The translations under genes were made by a program, and so were the position numbers. The notes under the pieces were generated by a model, which saw nothing but the letters and a program-made list of their open reading frames with translations, was not told the DNA's origin and did not search any database. A stretch of DNA of 64,000 nt from Takakia lepidozioides (Eukaryota > Plantae > Bryophyta), in NCBI GenBank assembly GCA_030704615.1, contig CM060733.1:33666001-33730000 (forward strand). The letters are read 5' to 3'. Within the stretch, counting starts at the first letter, position 1. Each line of letters opens with the position of its first letter. Below are positions 25,001 to 36,174 of the stretch, in pieces.

Positions 25001-27925
25001 TGATTTTGAATGTTGGATGAAGTTCTTCGACAAATTTTCATCAATGTATTCACGTAATGCAGTCAACTCTGTCTGGTATAAGTTATAGATTGGGCTGAAT
25101 GGTGGTTGGGCTCCTTCTTGTAACTCAATTGCACAGTCATAAGGTCGATGTTCTGGCAATATGTCTGCATTTTTCTTCTCGAAGACATCATTGAAATCTT
25201 GATATTGTGTAGATAATGTTGAAGTACCTTTGTCTGTTGTGGTCTTGATCGGAGTCGCATAAAGTACAAATGTCGTATCTTTTTTTGTAGCTCTCATGAA
25301 AGCTCTAGCTCCAAAGAACATGGGTTGAATACCTTTGATATTTCTACATTTTTGTTATGCAGAATTTTTTCGCGATCACCAATCGATGTCAGGATTGTGA
25401 AGTACAAACCAGGGAAGTCCAAGGATCACATGATTCGTTGGAGACTGGATGACGTTGAAAACAATATGTGATGCTTGATCTTCAAGCTTCACTTTAAATG
25501 GTCATCATTTCTTGATGCTAACGGTCGTCCATCGATGACTTCAACGGGGGCCGAGAGTTTCTTCTTTACGAGCGTTAAATTGTGTCGTTTCGTAAAGTTT
25601 TTGTCATTAAAACATGTTGAAGCCCCTGAGTCCAAAAGTGCTTCTACAGAGATATCTCGATTTTGCACTCTGGTTTTTACCGGAACTGTAAAGCAAGGTG
25701 TAGGGTCTGGAGGTAAAAAGAGACATTTTTTTTATGAAGAATTTGTGGTGCCCAGCCGCATGGTCCTTACTGTGACTGGACATATTCGTTTCCAACCTCC
25801 TCGTATCGAACACTTGAGTTGCGCCCCGAGCTTCGAATCTTTTCTTGTTGGGGCAGTTAAATGCTATGTAATCTTCTTCTCCGCAATAGAGGCATAATCC
25901 ATTCGAGCGTCGTCTTTGTTTTTCTTGTAACGTCAATGACTTGAAATCAGATATCATCAATCTGCATATGATCACTGCCGGATGTCTGATGGATCGTTGT
26001 GTTTAGTACCGTAGTAGCAGCGACATGATGCGTCGTCGACCATCCAGATCGCTTCTCTTGACGTCTTTCGAACAAACGATTATCTCATGCAATGACTTGG
26101 GGGATGAATTCGCTCAGTGTGCTCACGTTTGGCATTATCAACAATAAATCTTTTACATCATTTTTTAGCACACATCGAAACTAATTAATGAGTCTCTTCT
26201 TATTCCAGTTAAGGTCGCACGCAAGTTGTCGAAATTCAGCAGCATAAACGGAAGCATGACGTGCTCCTTGTCGAAGATTTCGTATCTTTGTCTCTGCAAC
26301 TCTCTCTCTATCATTCTCTCCAAACGTTGCAGTGAACTCGGACATGAATGCTTCAAAATTGTATAATAAGTGCGAATTTTTTCCCTAATAGCGGTGCAAA
26401 CCAAGATAGGGCAGTGCCAGATAGAAGGGTGCCCACGAATCCCACTTGAATACTTTCATCGGGGTAGCGTTATGCATGTAGTCGTAGGAACAGTCGTACT
26501 TGTTGAACAAAACCGCGAAATCTTGATCTCGTCCCATCAAATTTCTCGGGCATGCTGATCTTTGGTTCTCTCGCAATCTGTTGAAGATGAACCGTTACAG
26601 TAGGAGCTGTTGCAATAGAGACTCGTATGGTTGAAGATCCATTGTTCGACTCCTTTAATTCTGAAATTTGTTATTGCAAATTGTGGAGAGCATTGTCAAG
26701 ATCTGGAAACTGATCAGCTTGTAATTGGATAGTAGAGGTATCAAGTTTTTGCATCTGGAGCTGAAGACTCTGCAATGTGACGACAATTTCTGCAAACGTG
26801 TCTTCCATCTTAACTAACTAAGGAATAAACTTTAGTCTCGCCAAACTGTCAAAGACGAGAACATGACTGAACACAAACAAGAGATCAGACTAGAGGTACA
26901 AGACTAGACAAAAATTCAAGGTCGGCGTGGCCGAATGCATGGTAGGTAAACATGAATCAAGATGATCTTTATAACAATGGACAAGAGTACAATATATTGG
27001 AACTCGACTTGAATACATGAATGCTGGAAACTGGACTGGAGTACCAGATACTGGGAACTGGACTAAAGTACTGGAACTGGAAACAATAGTAGCTTGAACT
27101 TGTGTTGGCGAGACTGAAGAGTGTTTAGTCTCGCCTCTTATTATACTAGCTACTAGGAAGTTCCCTAAGAAGCTTCCCCAATGGAGGTTTCTTGATGGAG
27201 AAGTTTCCTTAAACAAAGGAGGTATCCTGATGGAGAAGTTTCCTCCAAAGGAAGCTTCCTGAGCAGTTTTCCAAGTTACTCTCGGTAATTTGGTAAACTC
27301 CCGGTAACTTGATAACTAATGGTAACTAATGGTAAATCATGATAGATCACGATAGATCATAGTAACTTCCGATAACATGATAACTTGGTAGCTTCTGGTA
27401 TTTACTCCTGGTAAGTTCCTCTGGGGTATGTCCGTGATAGCGACACAATTGATAAAATCAGGCACTGTTAATGAAGGCACCTTCTTCAACATATTTCACC
27501 CTGTTTTCCCCTTTTATCAGAATCCACCCTAAATTTTGATGTTGAATTCTGCAAGTTAGCTGGTTGAATGAACCTTTGATAGTTTGGAGTGATTGACATG
27601 ATATTGCCAATGTGACAACAAGAAAGTATCCAAAAACAGGTAACAGAGACGAGGAGAAGCTGTGGAATGATTACTTTCCTGACCCCAATTAATGGTGGGA
27701 CAATCGAGGCAAAATGGTGAATGCCTGTTGGATTACAGAGAGTAGCAGATGCAATTGAGCATATGAACTAGTGTGGTAAGTTCAGTTGGGTGTTTCCTAG
27801 GACAAATCTAGGCTTTCATTGTCGGCTACTAACAGTGAGGCAAGGATGTATGCATGATTTGTGCACAGGCATGGATAGTTGAAGGAGCAGGGATAGAGTG
27901 TGGGTCCAAATTCATCCAAGAGCAC
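22081..27925 (+). pseudogene. OSB/PTAC9-type PDF-motif tandem repeat gene (3 intron-split repeats), disrupted by two LTR elements
   Basis: Half-exons KLWNNHFSNPSQWWDNGNKK|gt (ends 22176) and ag|IHPRGSDFKHKITSDSMWINSYKKSAWVDGQL (from 22279). Repeat 2 at 22571-22955 contains IHPRGPDFK. Repeat 3 at ~27620-27925 has a stop (DPN*WWDNRGK). Frameshifts are present. Confidence 0.85.
22956..27439 (-). mobile_element. Ty3/Gypsy LTR retrotransposon (Tcn1/Tf1-like chromovirus), degenerate, with truncated 3' LTR
   Basis: 5' LTR 26847-27439; partial 3' LTR 22956-23118; TSD GCGGC/GCGAC. Gag with CLYCGEEDYIAFNCP knuckle, RT (VMPFGLTNAP, YLDD), RNase H (EADASDF, DHKNL), integrase fragments (GHFG, PYGLLQPLPIP). 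Confidence 0.93.
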
Positions 27926-30900
27926 TAAAAGATAAAACGTTTTTTTCCACGGTCTTTTCCACACTTTTTGGTGTGGAATCCGCCCCAGTCCACACCTGCC
28001 GTGGGTGTAAGTGGTTGATGGTTGGACCACATAGACCTGAAGATTGGTGGGTGTTTCAAGAATACCACAAGGGAGTTTTTGGCCAAGTTTCAAGATTTTT
28101 GGAGGAATTTAGCAATAATTCATTATTTTTGAGGTTTTTGGGCGACCGTAGCAAAAACAAATCCATCTACCAACCAAAAAATGGTTGGTTGACTATTCAA
28201 TCCAAGGATTTTGGATGTCATCCATTTTTTTTTTATAGTATTTATAGTATAAGTAGGTTAGGATTTGAGCTTGCTCATGACTTCACTTGTGTTTTTTTGC
28301 TTGTAGTTGCTTGTTAGTGAGTTGCTTAGAGAGCTAGCTTGAAGCTTGCTTAGCCTTTGCATCTTGCTTGTGAAGTTCCTAGATTGCTTGTTGGCTTCAA
28401 GCTTAGCCTAGTTGTTTTAGGCAAGCTTGGAGGAAGCATCTAGAGTGCTAGGGAAACTAGGGAGATCCTAGGACCTAGTGTGTAAAGACCAAGAGCCATT
28501 TTATATGGAAAATGAGAGAGACTTCCCCAAAAAGCAAGTGTGTTTCATTTGAGAGTGTGGGGAGCCCTTTGGGAGTGCGAAGAGGAGGTAGGAGCAACAA
28601 ACCCCATAGGAGAGGTGAGCACTACCCCTTCCCCCCTAAGTTTTGGTAGCCCATTTAGTCAAATGGAAGCATCTTGAGAAGGAGAGAAGAGTTCTTAGCC
28701 ATTTTGCCATTGTTGCTTGGTGTTTTGTGTTTTGTTTGTCATTTGCTTGGTAGAGTCTTGTGCATTTACCCTAGCTTGGTCCTACTAACTAAGAGAGTGG
28801 TAGGAGTTTGGGAAAAAGAAGAGACTAACTTTCCTTAGTGGCCAAGAGGCCCAAGAACTTGCCATTTGTTCATTGTTTTGTCTTTTGGCTTGAGAGTGGA
28901 AGGATCTAACTATAGGGTGCTAGCCATGTAGTGAGGTAGCTCTCCTATAGGTGTGGGTTCTCTTGTGTTGGCCACTAGGCCTTTATGATTATTCAAGTTG
29001 ATGGATCACTAATCCTTACTTCCAAACTAGCCATGCAAGGGTTAGCCTAGTTCAAGTTGGAAGAGATAGTGATATTAGTTCTTTTGTCATTTGAAGTTGT
29101 GAGAGTGGAGCCTAGAGCAACTAGGTGTCACCCCATTTGCCCTCTTCACTAGTCTTCCTTTTCCCTCATGAAGAAGAGAGGAAACCAAGAAGGTATGAAG
29201 AGAGAATCTTATTTGCAAGTTTAATTTTTGCTTTGTCCCATGTCGCTGGAAATTCAGATAGCTTCCCAACCCAATTTTTAGAGTGTGATTTCATTAAGTT
29301 TAGACCCCCATAGCTCATATAAGCTTGGGGGAACTTAGTGTTGAAGGAACTAATATGTTTTCTTTTGGTTTTGTTTGACTAACCCCAAGGGTTAGTGAAA
29401 CCAAGAATGGTTGGCATGCTATGGGCATGGGCTGAGATTTTTTTCCAGGCATGATGGGCTTAAAAGTAGGCCATGATGATGGCTTTACTGCTTAAGTGAA
29501 TAGCCAAGGTGGCTATTGCATGGTACTAAGCACGAGACAAGGGGAGGAAAGGCGTTGATTGGCGTCCCACGGCTGTCGGTCTGCGTGGCAGGCCCGAGCA
29601 GTGGGGGGGGAGGCGTTCAAATCCCGGCTGGACCCTGTGGCTAAAGCTTTTACTCGCCGGATAGACTGTTGGACCAGGATGCGGGACCCGCGTCAGCGCC
29701 AATGGTGCCGCGCCACGCAGCGGGTGGTAGGCCCCGCGACCGCCGGATAAAGACATCTCTTATTACCAGCGGTCCCTCATATAGAGGGGGTGACCATTTA
29801 ATTCTTTTGAGGGAGGTTAATATAGCTTGAAGCTTATGGATGGTGCATTAAGGATAGTTTTTGGTGGCTAGTCTTGAATTCGAAGGGGCTGCCAAGGTCA
29901 CCTCGGTGCTGTCGTTTAGAGTTATAAGAGATGGCTTAGAGCCAAGATGGCTTTGCGGGGTAACACGAGACACCTCGGCAACACCTGGCTTGGGTAAAGA
30001 ATTTTGTGGATGACCGTTGGATGGAGGATGTAGTTTTCCATCCACGGGGTAGATGAAGTGGGGATGAATAGTGGATGAAATTAGGATGAAAAATACAGTT
30101 TTTCATCCGCTGGATGAAAATTCAGTCTAGCTCTAGGGGGGGTTTGTACCTAGGTCCTAGAGGCTAGGGGCTATGTATTAAGGGCTTAGGGGGTTGTTTG
30201 GACCTATAGGACCATTACCCTATGATTCCCTCACCATGATAGTGGTTTTTGGGCAACAAGGAAGGGTTAACCCCTAAACGTCCAAGCGACCCGAATCGGG
30301 TCGCTGGAGGTTTTCGGGGCCCACAACTTTTGCAGATCTTGGCCATTTGTGGTGAAATCTGGGCCATCTTGAGGGCCCAGAAGTTGGCTATCACCTCCCA
30401 TTTATAGATCCCGTAGATCCCCTCAGCGCAGTGAGGAGGATTTTTTTAAGTACAAGGGGTTCGGCTGGAGATCTCCTGCGCCTCTTGTACCAGGTCCTAT
30501 TTACTTCACACGTTTGGTGTACCCCCCCTACTTTGACCAAGTGTCACAAGCACATTGCTTGGCCAAATCGCCTGCTTTTCATCTTGCTAGATGAAGGATC
30601 TGGAGGGGGACAACTGGGGAGAAGATTAAGTTAAAACGGATGTCATCCCGTGAGGCAAATTCCCAATATAGTGACTCCAACTTGTTTTTTTTTAACTAGG
30701 GGCCCAAAAAATGGGCCCCACATTCAACGGCGGCAATTTTGCAGATCTGGGGCGATTGCCTCCAAATTTTGCACATGGCTTGATGTGGTTGGTGAGCACA
30801 CAATGTGCGTCAAAACTTTAAATTGCTCATTTTCTAGCGAGTGCTTGCTATTTTTCACTGCAGGGGTGGATTTTTTTGGAAAAGTCAACGACCCCTCCTG

Positions 30901-32300
30901 GATGTTTAGGGGTTAATGTATTATTTAGGGGCTGAGCCAGATACCATTGGGAAGCTTAGACCAAGACCCACCTAATGCTTATTTTTCCAGAATTAGTGAT
31001 TTTTTTAGGCTGGGAAATTAGTTTAAATTTAGTTTTCTGCTTAGAAAATCACCAAAAAATCAGGGAGATAAATAATTAAATCTAGGATTTTTTATTTCTA
31101 GTTCCTAGTTAGGAGAGCTTACCTAGGATAGCATGTTCCCCTTTTCTTTGTTGCACTATATTTCTAGGAAAATAGCCAGGAGCCTTAGAAATTAGCAGGG
31201 AAATTGGGATACTATCCAGGAATTAAGTTTTCTTCTGTTAGGCGAGGGTATGCTCTCCCCTCCGGATAGCAGGAACGCAGGTATCTCCTTTGCACGCACT
31301 TGCAATCCGGGGAAGAGTGAATGTGAAGCGACCCCGACCTAAGCGGCTTGCCCTTAACGTTTTTCAAAGTCTTCAGGAAGAAGTCACTCCATGCGAAGAG
31401 GACCTTCCGAGGAGACCGTACAATTCCGGGGTGAAGCCGTGTTAACGCTTATAAAGAAGTCTTGGAAGACAATTAGATAGGAGTAGATTCCGTAGGTGAC
31501 ACAAACGAATTTTGCCCTGCAAGCATAGGAGTTGGACCATGTGCTGGCTGGTAGTTTAGATTAGCAGGACGAGTTCCCTCCATCGATCACGGACCCTCCG
31601 CCAAGCTTAGCGACACATCTCACAGGTGGGCGGTTCTTGAGCCCAACCCATCTCGGCGCCGGACTCCAGGCCCCGGATTGACATTGCTCCTCCCGTTCGC
31701 TCGTCAATGAGCTTTGGCACTTTTTGGGTGAAGCAGTGTATATGCTTCACAAGCAAAGGTTTGTGGGATCCTACGGCATCACTGATTGGGAGGACACAAT
31801 CAGGCCAGTGATGCGTCAGATGGGAATGTAACCTTCTCTCTTGCTATAAAGTTTATTTGCAATGCCTGTTACTACTCGATCTGGGCGCGAACCTTGGAAC
31901 GTTCTTGATGATTTGGAAGCTGTGGACCTCACCGAGCAGGTAAAGGCTGATGACGAAACACCTCATGACCCCATGTCCGAAACCCACTCTCCTGAGGAAC
32001 CCACGTTGGGTGGTGGTGCCGCACCCTTCCAAGGGACTCCTGCAACATTAGGTAGTAAACCAACTATTGACATCCAAGGTATATGTGATGTTATGACCAC
32101 TTTATCTAGCTGCCCTGCTCTCATGCAATTGTTTTTAGACAAGCAGGTAGGGGCTGCACCAATGGCTAGGCCCAAAGAGGCTTTGCGCACTCACAAGCGA
32201 CCCTATCCAGACCACGAGGTGGGACAGGATTTTTGAACTTTCTCAAATTCTTTGAGATGAGTGTCAAGTTCAATGACGACATCAACAAGTAAGATTTTAC
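27926..32300 (+). mobile_element. Probable long LTR/5' region plus gag start of another LTR retrotransposon
   Basis: Abruptly truncates PDF repeat 3. Long G/T-rich non-coding region, a PBS-like GGCGCCGG at ~31655, then gag-like ORF MPVTTRSGRE... (31862-32236). Confidence 0.5.
30271..30912. mobile_element. piggyBac-like MITE (642 bp)
   Basis: TTAA|CCCCTAAACGTCC ... GGATGTTTAGGGG|TTAA. A related orphan end TTAA|CCCCTAAACG...GGGGTC.CTTGACTTTT lies at 21089. Confidence 0.8.
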
Positions 32301-33170
32301 ATTGCGAAGGCACCTGCCAGAAGCCAACAGTGAGATCCAAGGAGGAGAAAATGGTAGCACCATTAAGTTGATCCAGGGTGTCATGAATTCTGGGCAAAGG
32401 ATAAACGTCACGTTTGGTCAGAGCATTCAGATGACGAAAATCAACACAAAAGCGAGTTGAACCATCCTTCTTGGCCACCAAAACTATTGGACTGGCCCAA
32501 GGGGAAATGGAAGGCTTGATGATCCCGACATCTAACATTTTTTTTATTTCCTCTTGCACCTGACTCCGCTCCTTCACACTCTCACGATAGGCACGTTGCT
32601 TAACTGAACTGCCCTCGATGACTATGTCATGTTGCAGAACAGCAGTCTTACCAAGGTCATGAGAACCTTTACTGAAGACATCAAAATTTCCACAGATAAC
32701 ATTATGAAGCTGACTACGCTGAGCATCAGTCAGATCAGGATCTATCTTGATTTCAAACAAGACTTGGGCTAAATGTTGGGCCTAATCAGGGGTGAGAAGA
32801 TGAACCTTTGGAGTAGGGATAGAACTTGCCATAAGTAAAAGTTGGTCTACTGGATCATCCACTAGACCAATGTCAGCGAAGTTAAGCGCACCTTGGACCT
32901 CGCAAAGGTCCTCCAATAGGACAGCAGTTAGGCGGGCCACAACTTGCCCTTTGCGAAGCCTGATAGGGATTCGTTCGGGGTTGGCAATAAGTAATCGGAG
33001 CTCACCCCTGAAACATTTGTCCAAGACCCCAGAAGCCACAAGACAATGTTTGGTTAGCATCAACTGTTTCCACCCTTCCACCTCTAGGTAGCTACCCTCT
33101 GGGCTAAGGAAAGTCAGACTTGTTGCCACAATGTGTTGAGAAAAAGCTGGGATCTCAAGGTCATCTATCC
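32300..33170 (-). mobile_element. Ty3/Gypsy pol fragment: dUTPase-like domain followed by RT N-terminus
   Basis: SPWASPIVLVAKKDGSTRFCVDFRHLN...YPLPRI...SSLDL.GFWQV is RT. Upstream DLEIPAFSQHIVATSLTFLSPEG...SGVLDKCFRGELRLLIAN...LRKGQVVARL. Confidence 0.8.
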
Positions 33171-35427
33171 TCTCCTTCTCACTGTTCCCAGCAGAGCGCC
33201 AGTCTAAGTGACCTGCTAACCATCGTCGTTTGGCGGTATTGTCATGGACTCCAGAGGAGGAAGCTCGAAGCGTGGCAAACGCGGAGGAGCCTCCACTCAA
33301 GGAAGAGGAAAAAACCAGGTCTGGACCAAAAAAAATGCCTTTGAGGCCTCTGGCTCCATCCTTGGAAAAGGCCCGACTTCAAATGCCACATTGCCATCCC
33401 CCAAGCCCGCTGAGGCGTTATGGGAAGATACAGAGGTGCAGAGCCTACCTATTATGGCTTTGAACAAAGACAAGTTGATCGCACAAGCGCAAAAAACAGG
33501 AATCCTCATCTACTTCCCTGGCAAACCCCGCCCTAGAGCTGAGATTAGGCGCTAGATAATCCAACATCTCGGACACCAAGGTGGACTCGCGCATCATTTC
33601 AGCCTCTCCATGGGCCGAGGCTCTATGCAGTCCTATTCTCCTCCAAATCAGATGTGGACAAAGCACTGGCATTCAACACCCAGCAATCCCCAGTCAAGGT
33701 CTTCATTTTCCCTTGGACACATGACTGGGGACACAAGAAAAGTGTTCTCTGGAGACCAAGGGTGATAGCGATACCCTTCCTGCCACCCACTTACCTCACA
33801 TCACTCCCTGAAATCGGAGCAAGCTTTGGCACATTCATAGGTGCGATTAACGTATATGAACCAGTACAAGCCCAAATTGTCAGTGTGGACACAGAAATGG
33901 TGCAAAGCGATCACAATTCAGATAACGGAGTTCTAAGCTGGTCGTCCTCATGCCAGACAATGCCAAAATCGGCAGCTCCATCAAGTTGCCAACACTGGAT
34001 GACTCGTTCATAATAGTGGTCATAAAGGAGGAGGTGCTTGCTGTTATCTGTTTTCGGTGCAATGTTGAAGGGCATGTCAAGGCAGACTGCCCAGGCGCAA
34101 AAGTCATAAGGAAAGATGAAGGCTCTTCCCAGCCCCTGCAAAGCATCTCCAACCAAGGTCAGAATCTGCAAGTGCCGGAGGCTATGGCAATGGACACCAA
34201 CGAATACGTCACAATCAATGACAGGCTGCACACCTCAAAAAAAAGGAAAAGAAGTGCAGAGCTACTGGCCCCCACCTCGCCCAAGCGACCCACTGGCTCT
34301 GGCTTCTTCCCCGTAAGAATCATGGAGGCATGGGCCTCCTTTCCCTTCACAGAATCTAATCTCCAACAACTGGATAGTGGCAGCCTGGCAATCTCTTTCC
34401 TGGAACTTCACTCCTTCAAATCAAAGCCCCTACCTGGATGGGCACAGGGTTCAAATTACGCGAGGGAGAAGGCGGCAATCTGTGTCACCCCACTGCTGTA
34501 CACCTTCATTGATGACTACACCAATTTTTTCCTCCCAAGTATCAAAGAAGCGTTTCAGACAACATGGGTTACAGAGGCCATTGCCCTTCAATTCGGAGTG
34601 GGAAAGGAAAGCCTATATCACGCCGCACTCACCTTAGGGGGGGTGCTCCAGGAGCTCTTCCCTAATCTAAACCTCACTTTAAATCACATTCAACACATTG
34701 GCATCATGGTGGTTAACAATGACTCTCATCCAGATTTAGCAATTGTCCATGTCATGCCAGTGATCTATAGTAGAGGTCTGGATACCACAGGTGCCCATAA
34801 CTCGTGGATTTGGGTGTGCAAGTATTTTCTCTCCTGCAGGGTCAAGGATCCAAATGAATGGGCTCGCAGCAAACAGATCTTCGAGCAAGGTCTCAAATGG
34901 GTGGACGAACATTACGAAATGCAGATGGAGAAAGGAAAATAGCCCCTGGTGCAGTCAAACACAAATAGGGAGCTCGTACTGGCGGGGGAAAATCAGTTTA
35001 ACATCTCCTCTAATGCGGTGGCTGACACCTCCATCACTTTCCTGCTACCAGAGGTGACCATCAAATCGCCTCCAATGGTAAGCATGTCCTCCTATGCTTG
35101 CTCCCCTCTCTGTTTCTGTGTCCCTCATGCTACTAACAGCAAAAGAGTTTGGACCCTCATGCTGGACAATCATCCAACTCACCAAAAACTCCTGCTAGGT
35201 TGGTGGGACTCCACAGTACTCCCCTCATCCCCATCGGCACTTCTATTTTTTTCTCAGATTCTTTCTTGGGACATCTCTACTACAAACCTCTCGATCCACA
35301 AGGACAGTGCAAACCAATATCTTCCCATCAACTACAATAGCAAAAGGAAGAGGTCCACAACAGTGTACACCTGGAAACTTCCACGTTTGCTTCCCCTTCC
35401 CAAAGGATTAAAATGGGTCTCAGCTTT

Positions 35428-36174
35428 GGGCAGTTGCAGGGTTGAGTAGACCAAAAACGGCAGATCCTGCTCCATGAAAGTCCATGACCAAAAACAACAT
35501 CATTGATGATACTATCCAAAATATTTTTTTAGTGATAGATAATGATATACTGAACATATTTAGTAAAGAATCCTACCCCAAATATTAAAGATATAATTCA
35601 TTAAATATTTTAGTCTATTATTTAGAGAAATTATGAAAAACTAAAAATTAGAGTTTACAAAAAAAATTCAATATGCAACCTAGCCATTGAAGATTATAGG
35701 TTTTTATACTTCTAGAAAAACAAGGACACCCAAAATCCAAAAAACAAGATGAGCTATGGACTTTAAAAAAACGTCTATTTTTTTTACATATATTAGTCCA
35801 TATGAGTCAAATGACAAATGATTTTGCCACTTCAAATTCATACCTATGATGTGGACCAAAATGACCACCTTAAGTCCAAATTTCAATGGAATTCACTAAT
35901 GACACATAGGAGAACTTGAGTCCATTGTAATTCCATTCACTGTGGTAACAGTCCACAATGACGGTGTTCAAAAGTCCATAGCAGAGTCATTTCTTATCGG
36001 ATTCATGATTGGAGAGTTGCTATGGTGGGTATTGAAGCTAGGAATCCAATGACATATATATATTTGCTGGTTTTAATGAGTTAATTTAAATTCAATTGAT
36101 GACACCATCAATTGCAGTCATCTAAAACTGTGCCGGTAACGTCCATTTTGGTCCAGTCAACCCTGTATTCACCC
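35428..36174. mobile_element. MITE, 747 bp, inverted copy of the 9619-10354 family, 4-bp TSD CTTT
   Basis: CTTT|GGGCAGTTGCAGGGTTGAGTAGACC ... GGTCCAGTCAACCCTGTATTCACCC|CTTT. Excision restores the LINE ORF1 frame. Confidence 0.92.
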
